Below, one piece after another: positions 23,361 to 32,996 of a DNA stretch of 64,000 bases; the first letter of the stretch is position 1, and every line of letters starts with the position of its first letter. A program made the position numbers and the translations under genes. The DNA lies in contig OZ241875.1 of assembly GCA_965203325.1 (NCBI GenBank), positions 3,200,001 to 3,264,000 on the forward strand, given 5' to 3'. The notes below the pieces were generated by a model. The model was not told the origin of the DNA and ran no database searches. It saw nothing but the letters and a program-made list of their open reading frames with translations. Source of the DNA: a bacterium. GTDB taxonomy: Bacteria > UBA8248.

Positions 23361-23810
23361 TCATTTCTTCTTCACGTTGCCGAAAATAAAGTCGCCGATG
23401 AGTTTCTCGATGTCAACCGGGGGTTCCGTCTCACGAATCCGTCCGCCGGGGGAGATGATTTTTTCCGACCCTCCCTGGCTCAAGCTCACGTATTTGTCAC
23501 CCAAGACGCCTTTCGTGCGAATGGAGGCGATGGAATCACGCGAGAGTTTGATGCTCTCATTGATGCGGAGCGTGATTCTCGCATCCTCCCCGTCGAGGGA
23601 GATTCCGCTCACCCGCCCGACGCGTACGCCCGCCATTTCGACCGAAGCGCCACTTCTCAAACCCGTGGCGGACGTGAAATTCGCCGAGACCTCATAGGTG
23701 CCGTCATCGAAAATATCCAAGCCGCCGAGGTTGATCGAAAGATAGGCGAGCGCGAGGATTCCCGCCAGAACGAATATGCCGACGCCGAATTCCACGTTTT
23801 TCCGGTACAA
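23361..23810 (-). CDS. mlaD: MCE-domain protein MlaD
   Basis: N-terminal TM, GLRSGASVEMAGVRVGRV, GVLGDKYV; TTG start. Confidence 0.92.
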   Translation of the reverse strand: MYRKNVEFGVGIFVLAGILALAYLSINLGGLDIFDDGTYEVSANFTSATGLRSGASVEMAGVRVGRVSGISLDGEDARITLRINESIKLSRDSIASIRTKGVLGDKYVSLSQGGSEKIISPGGRIRETEPPVDIEKLIGDFIFGNVKKK

Positions 23811-23824
23811 GGCTCGTTCCTTCT

Positions 23825-24613
23825 TCAAATGAGAATCGAGGTGAGGAAATAATCGCCCACCAGTATCAGGACGGAAGAGAGCACCACGGCCGAGGTGGTC
23901 GCCTTGCCCACTCCCTCGGCCCCGTGACCGCAATGATACCCTTTATAGCAGCAGACCCATGTGACGATCAGGCCGAAGACGATCGATTTCCATAAGCCTA
24001 CGTTGATATCGGCCATCTCGATCTTGTCCTGCATTTCTCCGAAAAAGGTGCCCGAACTCAAGCCCATCAACTCCACGCCCACGAGATAGGCCCCGAATAT
24101 GCCGATGAGGTCGCAAAGCGCCGTCAGCAGCGGGAATACTATCACGCCCGCGAGCAGGCGGGGAGAAACGAGGCGCTGCAGGGGGTTTACGGCCATACTC
24201 TTAAGAGCGTCCACTTGTTCTGTGATCTGCATGATGCCGATTTCGGCCGTCATGGCCGATCCCGCCCTGCCAGTGACGACGAGAGCTGTGAGCACGGGTC
24301 CGAGTTCACGGATGAGGCTGAAGGCGACGGCAGGGCCCAGAAAAGCTTCGGAGCCGAATTTCCTGAAAGCGTAAATGCCCTGCAGCGCCAGCACCATTCC
24401 TGTGAACAAGCCGCTCAGCAGGACGATGGAGAGCGAACCCGTGCCGATGATGTATATCTGGCGTATCAAGAGCGAGGGTCGCCAGGGAGGTGCGAAAATC
24501 CAACGCACGGATTCGAGCAGGAAGATCGCGGCGCTTCCCATGCCGGCGATGATCTCCATCGCGCGCCGGCCAAGTGTCCGGATGCCTTGTGTCACCATTG
24601 CCGTGGAACTCAT
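23825..24613 (-). CDS. mlaE: ABC permease MlaE
   Basis: RELGPVLTAL, GRAGSAMTAEIG, EQVDAL, GVGKATT. Confidence 0.95.
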   Translation of the reverse strand: MSSTAMVTQGIRTLGRRAMEIIAGMGSAAIFLLESVRWIFAPPWRPSLLIRQIYIIGTGSLSIVLLSGLFTGMVLALQGIYAFRKFGSEAFLGPAVAFSLIRELGPVLTALVVTGRAGSAMTAEIGIMQITEQVDALKSMAVNPLQRLVSPRLLAGVIVFPLLTALCDLIGIFGAYLVGVELMGLSSGTFFGEMQDKIEMADINVGLWKSIVFGLIVTWVCCYKGYHCGHGAEGVGKATTSAVVLSSVLILVGDYFLTSILI

Positions 24614-24795
24614 GGGGCTTGCCTTCTATTCCTTATCATGAGCGAGTATAGTGTCGTCATCGGTTGCGGGGCGGTTTCCACGAGCGATCTCGCGATTCGC
24701 AGGGCGGCGGAAGCAGGTCCCTAGTGTATCGTTTCTGAAGGATGGAGATCAACGCCGGCGCTGGCGCCGCATTCTTCTAAGGGTTTGTTTTTTAT

Positions 24796-25620
24796 ATGAA
24801 AAATACAGCACTCGGACCCCTTTCCAGATATATCGAATACGGTGTGCGCAACCATGCGGCGGATTTTGTGCAGATCACCCGCCTTTTCGTCGCAATTTAC
24901 GTGCCCGTATCCATGATCGCGCTCTCGGTGCATCCTTCGATCAAATCGCTGATGGAGCCCGAGGCGAACCTGATGCTGCTTTTCCCGCTGATGATCGCCT
25001 CCCAGCTTCTCTTGCGCATATTGCAGGTGTTCTTGTTCATTCTCCTGATACTGCGGGTTGAATCCGAGCGCACGGGCGATGGGGCCGTTTGGGACATCAC
25101 CGAGGCCGTGAATCGCCTGAAAGCCGTCGCGAAGGTGGACCTGGCTTATACCTTTGGTTTGCAGTTGCTGGGCGTCATCGGGTTTGCGGCGTCTTTGTTC
25201 ATATTCACTTTTATCTTCGGGGACTCACCCATCGGGCTTCCGTTCTCGTTCGCCGTCACGATTTTTCTCGTTCTCACGCCTGCGGTTCGGTATTATTTCT
25301 GCACCCTGACCGCATTGTTGTATGGGGATGACTTTGCCCAGGCATTCCGTCGCGCCGGGATGATATCGAGTGGAGGCGAGAGGACCATCGTTGTTCTGGC
25401 GATGGTCTATCTACTGGCCTGGTTCATACTCTGGCAGGTGATACAGGGGATATTCGGCGGAGGTCTCTTCGGGCAGGTCCTGTTGCAGACGGGGGTGATG
25501 GTGACTTCGATCTCCTACTATCTGGCGGGATATCTCTTGTTTTCGGATCTCTGCCAGGCGGCGAGCGAGAGGCGCATGGATGAAACGAAGGAAATTCCCG
25601 AAGACGCGGGCGACGCCTAG
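24796..25620 (+). CDS. Hypothetical multi-pass membrane protein
   Basis: About 6 hydrophobic segments; no family recognised. Confidence 0.65.
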   Translation: MKNTALGPLSRYIEYGVRNHAADFVQITRLFVAIYVPVSMIALSVHPSIKSLMEPEANLMLLFPLMIASQLLLRILQVFLFILLILRVESERTGDGAVWDITEAVNRLKAVAKVDLAYTFGLQLLGVIGFAASLFIFTFIFGDSPIGLPFSFAVTIFLVLTPAVRYYFCTLTALLYGDDFAQAFRRAGMISSGGERTIVVLAMVYLLAWFILWQVIQGIFGGGLFGQVLLQTGVMVTSISYYLAGYLLFSDLCQAASERRMDETKEIPEDAGDA

Positions 25621-25629
25621 CGCAAGTTC

Positions 25630-26412
25630 CTACAAGAGGACATCGAAACTCAGCCCGTCATAGGCGAGCTCGACTCCGCTGGGCAGGCTCCGGTTCGTTT
25701 CGTAGTATTCCAGCTCGAAATTGGTGTGGGTGAAATACGTTTGCTCGGGTTTGAGTTCCTCGACGATTTCGAGCGCCTCGGCGACTGTGAAGTGTGAGGG
25801 ATGCTCCCGGTGGCGCAGGGCGTCCAGGATGAGGATGCGTACTCCTTTCAGGATTTCCATGGATTTTTCCGGAATGGCGTTGCAGTCCGTGGCGTAGGCG
25901 AAATCCCCCACCCGCAAGCCCATTACTTTCATCCCGGCGTGTTCGAGTTCGAAGGGGATGACTTTCATGCCGGCCACCCCGAAAGGGGAGTCTCCGATCT
26001 CCGCTAGCGTGAGTTGCGGCTTGAAGCCGCTGTAGTCTTTCGCGTGATTGAAAATGTAGCTGAAATTCTGGCGGAGTATCTTCACCGTATTGGGATAGGC
26101 GTAACAGGGAATCGGTTTTCCCATCAGGAAATTAAAGGCGCGCAAGTCGTCGATGCCGTGCGTATGGTCCGCGTGATAGTGCGTGTAGACCACGGCGTCC
26201 ACACGGGCGATCTCGTGTCTGAGGGCCTGCTCGCGCAGATCGGGGCCCGTATCGACCAGCAGGTTTCGCCCATTGTGCTCGATGACGATGCTCGGACGCA
26301 GCCGCTTGTTCCTGGGGTCATCCGAAAGACACGCGGCGGTAGTGCACCCGATGGAAGGAACGCCGGTGGAAGTGCCGCAGCCGAGAACGGTGACCCGAGC
26401 GCTCGAGTTCAT
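25630..26412 (-). CDS. MBL-fold metallo-hydrolase (PhnP-like)
   Basis: LGCGTSTGVP, DTGPDLREQ, THYHADHTHG. Confidence 0.92.
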   Translation of the reverse strand: MNSSARVTVLGCGTSTGVPSIGCTTAACLSDDPRNKRLRPSIVIEHNGRNLLVDTGPDLREQALRHEIARVDAVVYTHYHADHTHGIDDLRAFNFLMGKPIPCYAYPNTVKILRQNFSYIFNHAKDYSGFKPQLTLAEIGDSPFGVAGMKVIPFELEHAGMKVMGLRVGDFAYATDCNAIPEKSMEILKGVRILILDALRHREHPSHFTVAEALEIVEELKPEQTYFTHTNFELEYYETNRSLPSGVELAYDGLSFDVLL

Positions 26413-27443
26413 CTCACCGAATCCGCCAGAACCTGAGCGGCGGTTTCCACGTCTTTCCTCGAGACGTCCAGGTGGGTGACGGCGCGGAGCATCTTCGAGT
26501 TCGGAACGGAGAAGGCGACGCCTTTTTCCATCATCGACTCGTTGATTTGGTGCGCTGTTTTGCCGCTTTCCGAGACATCCAGGAACACGAGATTGGTGGG
26601 CGTGGTGTCATGGACGGGCCGGACGCCCGGAACCCCGGCGGTGAGCTCCGAGAATAACTGGGCGTTGGCGTGGTCATCCGCCAGGCGTTCCACATGATGC
26701 TCCAGGGCGTAGAGTCCCGCAGCGGCGAGAACCCCCGCCTGACGCCAGCCGCCGCCCCACATTTTCCAGTAGCGGCGCGCTTCCTGAATGAACGCTTCTT
26801 TCCCTAGCAAGATGGAGCCTACCGGGCAGCCCAATCCCTTGGAGAAGCAAAAGCATATCGAGTCACAGCGCTTCGCCCATTCTTTTGGGGGGATGCCGGA
26901 GGCGACGATGGCGTTGAAAATGCGGGCGCCGTCGATGTGAAGGGGGATATTCTGCTCTTTCGAAAAAGCGCGTAGCTCGTCAAGTTTTTCGAGGGGGAAC
27001 ACGTGGCCACCGCCCTGGTTGTGCGTGTTTTCCACCCAGAGCAGGGCGCTTTTCGGGTACCCGCTCTTGGGGCGAAGCCATTTCTCGGCGTCTTCGCGGG
27101 CGTATACACCGCGTTTCGCCGAGAGCAGGGCGAATTGAACCCCCGATAAGAATGGCCCCGCGCCCAGTTCGTTCCGAAAGGGGTGGCAATGGGAATCGGC
27201 GATGATCTCATCGCCCGGGTTCGTGTGGACCTTGATGGCCAGTTGATTGGCCAGTGTGCCCGATGAGGCGAAAAGGCCGTCTTCCATGCCGAAGAGGGCG
27301 GTCGCCTTTTCGATGAGCTCGTTGACGCTCGGGTCCTCTCTGAGGGTCTCGTCGCCGACCTGTGCCTCGGCGATGGCTTGGCGCATCGCTTTCGTGGGGC
27401 GCGTTGCGGTGTCGCTTCTCATGTCGATGAAATGACGGGACAA
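26409..27443 (-). CDS. ltaE: Low-specificity L-threonine aldolase family PLP enzyme
   Basis: DMRSDT, SGTLANQ, ENTHN, HIDGARIFNA, SKGLG. Confidence 0.88.
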   Translation of the reverse strand: MSRHFIDMRSDTATRPTKAMRQAIAEAQVGDETLREDPSVNELIEKATALFGMEDGLFASSGTLANQLAIKVHTNPGDEIIADSHCHPFRNELGAGPFLSGVQFALLSAKRGVYAREDAEKWLRPKSGYPKSALLWVENTHNQGGGHVFPLEKLDELRAFSKEQNIPLHIDGARIFNAIVASGIPPKEWAKRCDSICFCFSKGLGCPVGSILLGKEAFIQEARRYWKMWGGGWRQAGVLAAAGLYALEHHVERLADDHANAQLFSELTAGVPGVRPVHDTTPTNLVFLDVSESGKTAHQINESMMEKGVAFSVPNSKMLRAVTHLDVSRKDVETAAQVLADSVR

Positions 27444-27620
27444 AGAATAACCCCCCCGGCTTCCGGCCCCCGTCTCCGGGAGTCGGGTTTTAAGCACTCG
27501 GTTTGTTGTAATCTACTTGATGGAGAATATATTTGCATAATCGCAAGTGATTTGCCAAATTATCGCCCTGTCATTTTTGGGCTTTCACAATCCTCATGCA
27601 CGCCGAGAGATTACACGGAT

Positions 27621-28754
27621 ATGCGAAATACCGGTGGAAATCCTGTCTTCGAGGATGATTTCCTCAGGCGCGCGAGGTCGTACCAGATGCGCCGCCTGTA
27701 TGTAGGATTAACGTCCTCCGCTCTGGAATGTGGCGTCTTGCTCGCGTTTTTGTTCTGGTATCTGGGTGCAGGGGCCGGGAAGCCTGCGGACGGCGCGTTC
27801 GTGAGTGGATTCGCTATTTTTTCATTTGTTGCCCTTGCGAAAACACTGGTTTCTCTACCCTTTGATTTCTACGGCGGCTACGTGCTCGCCCACCGGGAAA
27901 ATTTATCGAACCAATCGCTGGCCGGTTGGATATGGGACAGATGCAAGGGATTGGCGCTTCTTTTGTTGTTGGGCGGGTCGGCCAGCGGTGTTTTCTTGAT
28001 GATCATGACCGCTTGGCCGGCCGATTGGTGGTGGATAGCCGCGCTTGCTTCGGTTTTGTTGGTGGTTTTCATCTCCCTCATCGCTCCCGTACTGCTGGCG
28101 CCCATCTTCTTCCGCTTCAAGCCCCTGGAGGATGAGAAGCTCAAGGGGCGACTCCTCGCCTTGCTGGAGAGAACGAAGGCGAGAGTGTACGGCGGGGTGT
28201 GGGAAATGGATATGAGTTCCAAGAGCAAGACGGCGAACGCCGCCCTTGTCGGCTGGGGGCCGTCCCGGCGGGTGGTGCTCTCCGATACCCTGCTTGATTT
28301 TACGCCCGATGAGATCGAAGCGATCCTCGCCCATGAAATTGCGCATCACGTGGGTCGCCACATCCCGGCCCTCATCGCGATGAAAAGCGCTATGCTGGTC
28401 TTCGGGGTGTATTTCTCGCACTACGCGATGGAATGGCTGGGGGATTGGGTGGACCCCGCTCTGGTGCAGCCCGGAGAGCCCGCTTGCGTCGTGGTTTTAT
28501 GGGTCGTTCTGAGTCTCCTGGGAGCGGTCGTATCTCCTGTGGTTCTCGTGATTTCGCGCGCTTTTGAATACAGCTGCGATCGCTATTCCACCGAATACGC
28601 CGAGGCGAGGGGCGGTTTGTCTTCCGCCCTCGTCAAGTTGTGCAAACAAAACCTGACGGACCCCGACCCGCCCGGCTGGGTGGTCGCTCTCTTTCATTCG
28701 CACCCCTCGGTTTACGATCGCTTGGCCAGAATCGAATCCTGGGAGAAAGCCTAG
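27621..28754 (+). CDS. M48 (Ste24-like) membrane zinc metallopeptidase
   Basis: Several TMs, ANAA, HEIAH, SRAFEYSCD, HSHP. Confidence 0.9.
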   Translation: MRNTGGNPVFEDDFLRRARSYQMRRLYVGLTSSALECGVLLAFLFWYLGAGAGKPADGAFVSGFAIFSFVALAKTLVSLPFDFYGGYVLAHRENLSNQSLAGWIWDRCKGLALLLLLGGSASGVFLMIMTAWPADWWWIAALASVLLVVFISLIAPVLLAPIFFRFKPLEDEKLKGRLLALLERTKARVYGGVWEMDMSSKSKTANAALVGWGPSRRVVLSDTLLDFTPDEIEAILAHEIAHHVGRHIPALIAMKSAMLVFGVYFSHYAMEWLGDWVDPALVQPGEPACVVVLWVVLSLLGAVVSPVVLVISRAFEYSCDRYSTEYAEARGGLSSALVKLCKQNLTDPDPPGWVVALFHSHPSVYDRLARIESWEKA

Positions 28755-28767
28755 GCGATATTTTGGG

Positions 28768-29634
28768 TTAGCGCGTTTTGTGTGTTTTCCTGATGAAGGG
28801 GATAACCCACTTCGCGATGTTCGGATGCGTGAGTGATTCGAGCGGGCCCTGGTTTTTTATTCTCTGCAGTTCCGCACTCCCGCCTTTTGCCTCGATGGCT
28901 CTTAGAAAAGCCTCGGCGCCGCCGAGCGGGTAGGGTCCTCCCTGGCTGTGGAGGAGCAATACCGCGGCCTTGATCTTGCCCGCCACACGGATGGGGGAGC
29001 GCACTCGATATGCTTCCTGATTTGGAGTGGACATACCGCCGAGCAGCGCGCGTATTCTGTTCTTCCGTTTTTGGGGCAAGAACGCGTAGGCTTTCTCCAG
29101 GTCATAAAATCCGTTCTCAAGAATGAGACCCGAAATGTTCGCGCTTCTCGCAGCCGCGAGGGCGGCGGTAGAAGCGCCTTGTCCGATCCCGTAGACGAAA
29201 ACACCGTCTTTTCTGGCGTTCTCCCTGGTACTTAGATAACGGACCGCGCCCAGGGCGGCCTCCACGCTTCTGTATCCTGCGAAATCTTCCGGCCCGGTGG
29301 ATGCGCCGAAGCCGGGCAGCGAGATGCTCATCAGGATGAGACCGTCGCGTACGTGAGCCAGCATGGCGCGTCGGAATCGTTGGGCCCGTGCGTCCGCCCC
29401 GTGTAAGAGGAGAATTGCCGGATGGCGTACTTGTGGAGAATGCCCTCTGGCAGGTGGCCATACAGCATAAGCCTCCACGCGCCCCCAGGGAAATTCCATA
29501 AACCATTCCCGTATCACATCGCCCCGGGTTGTTTTCGTCTCATGGTCCGCAACGCATCCGGCGAGTAAAAATGTTGAAACGAGAAGAAAAAATACGCCGT
29601 GAAGGATATTTTTCGAAATGTTTTTCAAGATCAC
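28768..29634 (-). CDS. Alpha/beta-hydrolase-fold (S9-like) lipoprotein, nucleophile Ser apparently lost
   Basis: LLAGC lipobox, LLLHG, LPGFGAS, GIGQG in place of GxSxG, RSPI. Confidence 0.75.
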   Translation of the reverse strand: MILKNISKNILHGVFFLLVSTFLLAGCVADHETKTTRGDVIREWFMEFPWGRVEAYAVWPPARGHSPQVRHPAILLLHGADARAQRFRRAMLAHVRDGLILMSISLPGFGASTGPEDFAGYRSVEAALGAVRYLSTRENARKDGVFVYGIGQGASTAALAAARSANISGLILENGFYDLEKAYAFLPQKRKNRIRALLGGMSTPNQEAYRVRSPIRVAGKIKAAVLLLHSQGGPYPLGGAEAFLRAIEAKGGSAELQRIKNQGPLESLTHPNIAKWVIPFIRKTHKTR

Positions 29635-29766
29635 GGCCAGTCCTTTTCACCATTTGACAAGTTGTGGACCTGGATTTACGCCCATCAGGGATGAATGGAA
29701 AACATAAAAAATAACATCTTAACATACTGAAAAGGTGGTGCTAGACACATCAAAAAGAAAAAAGGG

Positions 29767-29795
29767 TTGCATTTTTCATATTTTCGTATTATATT
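29767..29795 (+). promoter_or_regulatory. Probable sigma70 promoter in AT-rich intergenic tract
   Basis: TTGCAT-N17-TATATT with an A-rich upstream element. Confidence 0.5.
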
Positions 29796-29952
29796 CGCTA
29801 TATTGGAGGGCAGAAAAATTCTCCATATCGCAACAATTTTTTAACATGATTTTCACACAAAATGTAGTGCAAAAATGTAAGAGAGGCACTATATATAGAT
29901 TATTGAACCATTCTCTCCCAAATCGGAGGAGAAGCAGGAAAGGAGGCCCGTC

Positions 29953-30174
29953 ATGGCGATAACAACTCAAAGACCCGGATACAAGACTCATGGGACGAGC
30001 CAGACCTCGAAGCGCATTCATCAAGCCTGCATGCGGAATCTCGCCCTCTATTTGCAAGGCCATATCTCTTATGAGGATTGGCGAAGCAGACAAGAGGAAC
30101 TCGAATCGAGACTTACGCCCGCGCCCGAACTTCCTTTCGAAGCATTGGAGCCCAAAACCCCCGAGGCCGCCTGA
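29953..30174 (+). CDS. Small hypothetical protein (73 aa)
   Basis: Strong AAGGAGG RBS 6 nt upstream of ATG; no family recognised. Confidence 0.6.
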   Translation: MAITTQRPGYKTHGTSQTSKRIHQACMRNLALYLQGHISYEDWRSRQEELESRLTPAPELPFEALEPKTPEAA

Positions 30175-30578
30175 TTCCCTCCCTCGCCTGGGCGCAACGG
30201 TCCAGGCAAGCGCATCGCTTCTCCCTGATGCGCTTACGCCGCTTTCTCCGCTCGGTCCTGCCATCAGCGGGGCATCGCCCGTAGGCGGCATGAGGGATGG
30301 GGAGAATCCGGAAAACAATCGTCTTTGCCCATGTTTTCCGAACCATGGAGAGAAACCGCGTTCTCGTCATGCGGGCGGCACAGCGCAAGCGTTTGTAAAT
30401 CTTTATTTTTTACCTCTTGCGCTTATTGGGGGTATCTGGTAGGGTTCGGCGTCTTTTTCCACAACAGGTGTGGGTAAAAGGTTTGTGGGTATGCAAGACG
30501 AATGAAGATTCCCTTCCGAGAGACGCTCCATTCATCATTACATCCCCGAAGTTCAATCTCTTTTTTATGAGGAAGTGT

Positions 30579-30782
30579 ATGTCAACAGGTACAGTGAAGT
30601 GGTTCAACGATGCAAAAGGGTATGGTTTCATCACGCCCGAGGACGGTGGTGAGGATCTGTTCGTTCATCACTCGGCCATCCAGGCGGAGGGGTTCAAATC
30701 CTTGAGCGAAGACGACCAGGTTTCGTTCGAAGTCGCTCAGGGCCCGAAAGGGCTTCAGGCGCAAAACGTCGTCAAGCTCTAG
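30579..30782 (+). CDS. cspA: Cold-shock protein
   Basis: [31 protein letters not shown]. Confidence 0.96.
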   Translation: MSTGTVKWFNDAKGYGFITPEDGGEDLFVHHSAIQAEGFKSLSEDDQVSFEVAQGPKGLQAQNVVKL

Positions 30783-30802
30783 CGCACCAATCAGCGCTTC
30801 AT

Positions 30803-30837
30803 AAAAGTGGTGGCCGGCTTCCGGCCACCACTTTTTT
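30803..30837 (+). terminator. Intrinsic (possibly bidirectional) terminator after csp
   Basis: AAAAGTGGTGGCCGG-CTT-CCGGCCACCACTTTTTT. Confidence 0.88.
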
Positions 30838-30910
30838 CGTCTCGGACTTTCCCATCTTCTCTCTCCCAAGGTAATCTGCGCCTCAGTTTTCTCGAACAGA
30901 GGATTTTCCC

Positions 30911-32950
30911 ATGAAGCGTCCTGCGCTCGAAATGAGAAGAAACATCGGCATCATCTCCCACATCGACGCCGGAAAGACGACGACCACCGAGCGCATGCTG
31001 TTCTGCTCGGGGGCCGTGCACCGGATCGGCGAAGTGGATGAGGGCTCGGCCACAATGGACTGGATGAGCCAGGAGCGCGAGCGCGGCATCACCATCACCT
31101 CGGCGGCCATCACCACCACCTGGGCGGATCATGAGATCACCATCATCGATACCCCCGGACACGTGGATTTCACCATTGAGGTCGAGAGGAGCCTGCGCGT
31201 GCTTGATGGCGCCGTCGCGATTTTCAGTGCGGTGGAAGGCGTCGAGCCGCAGAGCGAGGCCGTTTGGCGGCAGGCGGACAAGTTCGCCGTGCCCCGGCTC
31301 GCCTTCATCAACAAGCTGGATCGACTGGGTGCGGATTTCGAGCGAACCGTCGAGATGATGGTCGAAAAATTAGGGGCCAGACCCGTGCTCATGCACTGGC
31401 CAGACGGAGAGGGTGAGGATTATACGGGTCAGGTGGAAGTTCTGAGCGGGGATTTTCTCACCTGGGAAGGCGGAGAACCCCACCGGAGCGGACTAAGCGG
31501 TGTGCTCAAGGAAAGAGCGCAGGAGTTGAGGGAAGCTCTCATCGAAGCCGTGGCGGATCACGACGAGTCGGTCATGGAAGCGTATCTGGAAGGAAGGGCC
31601 ATTGATGCCGAAGCGCTTAAGGCGGGTTTGCGGAGCGCCGTGCTCGCAGGTGAACTCGTGCCCGTTTTTTGCGGCTCATCCCTGAAGAACAAAGGGGTGC
31701 AGCCCTTGCTGGACGCCGTGGTGGATTATCTGCCCTCTCCGGTGGACGCGCCGCCCGCAAGCGGTTTCGCTCCGGGCGAGGACGAGCCCATCACCCGTTC
31801 TCCCCTAGAGGATGTGCCTTTTTCGGCCTTGGTTTTCAAGGTGCAAATCGATGGGGGGAGACGGCTCACCTACCTGCGGGTGTATAGCGGCGCGGCCAGG
31901 GTGGGCGAAAGCTTGTGGAATCCAGCAAGAGGAGATGGTGAGCGCTTCGCCCGGCTTTTCAGGATGTATTCCCACAAGCGCGAGCGCATCGACGCCGTGG
32001 GGCCGGGCGACATCGTCGCGGCGGCCGGCCTGAAGGAAGCGGTTACGGGCGATACCCTCTGTGACCGCAAAGAGCCGATAGCCTTCGAGTCGATTCGCGC
32101 GCCCCAGCCCGTCATCTCGGTCGCGATTGAACCCAGGGACGCCACCGGGACCAAGAAGCTGGGCGAGACTCTGGCGAAACTCCAGGCGGAAGACCCGACG
32201 TTTCAGGTGCGGGTGGATTCCGAATCGGGCCAGACGGTGATGAGCGGAATGGGCGAACTGCATCTGGAGGTGCTCACGCGCCGGATAGACGAGGACTTCG
32301 GCGTGGACGTCCGGGTCGGCGCGCCCCGCGTGGTCTACCGCGAGACGCTTGCGAAAGAAGCCGAGGCGGAGTCCATCTTCGACAGGGAATTGGCCGGCGA
32401 GTCCCAGTTCGCACGGGTGCGCGTGGGAGTGGTGCCCCGGCCCGGCGGAGGCGTCTCGTGCGAGAGTGAGGTGGATGATCCGAGGATCCCTGGAAATCTG
32501 ATTGCGTCGGCGCTGGAGTCGCTCCAGGCGTCTACGTCGAGCGGCGCCATGGCGGGCTATGAAATGACTGACGTGGGTGTCACTTTGATCGAGGCGGACT
32601 ACGACGCCGAGCGCGCGACGGAAGCTGCTTTTTCAATCGCTGCGGCGAACGCGTTCACGGAAGCATGCCGCTCGGCGGGCGGACAGCTTCTGGAGCCCGT
32701 CATGTCGGTGGAGGTCGTGACGCCCGATGAATTTCTGGGCGCGATCATCGGCGACATTAATGCGCGCGACGGAAAAGTCTCCGGCGTCGAAGAACGCGGC
32801 GGCGCAGCGGCTGTAAGCGTCGTGCGCGCTTCGGTGCCTCTCGCCAAGGTATTCGGCTACGCCACCTCCCTTCGCTCCGCCACACAGGGCCGCGCCACCT
32901 ACACCATGCACTTTTCGCACTACGCCCCCTGTGAGATGGCGGGGGTATAA
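30911..32950 (+). CDS. fusA: Elongation factor G paralog (EF-G2-like)
   Basis: HIDAGKTT, ERGITI, DTPGH, NKLD, GMGELHL; outside the str operon; divergent domain IV. Confidence 0.9.
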   Translation: MKRPALEMRRNIGIISHIDAGKTTTTERMLFCSGAVHRIGEVDEGSATMDWMSQERERGITITSAAITTTWADHEITIIDTPGHVDFTIEVERSLRVLDGAVAIFSAVEGVEPQSEAVWRQADKFAVPRLAFINKLDRLGADFERTVEMMVEKLGARPVLMHWPDGEGEDYTGQVEVLSGDFLTWEGGEPHRSGLSGVLKERAQELREALIEAVADHDESVMEAYLEGRAIDAEALKAGLRSAVLAGELVPVFCGSSLKNKGVQPLLDAVVDYLPSPVDAPPASGFAPGEDEPITRSPLEDVPFSALVFKVQIDGGRRLTYLRVYSGAARVGESLWNPARGDGERFARLFRMYSHKRERIDAVGPGDIVAAAGLKEAVTGDTLCDRKEPIAFESIRAPQPVISVAIEPRDATGTKKLGETLAKLQAEDPTFQVRVDSESGQTVMSGMGELHLEVLTRRIDEDFGVDVRVGAPRVVYRETLAKEAEAESIFDRELAGESQFARVRVGVVPRPGGGVSCESEVDDPRIPGNLIASALESLQASTSSGAMAGYEMTDVGVTLIEADYDAERATEAAFSIAAANAFTEACRSAGGQLLEPVMSVEVVTPDEFLGAIIGDINARDGKVSGVEERGGAAAVSVVRASVPLAKVFGYATSLRSATQGRATYTMHFSHYAPCEMAGV

Positions 32951-32996
32951 ATTTCTCTCCTCACTGTTTTCGTATTGGTGTGAAGGCGTATTCTGA

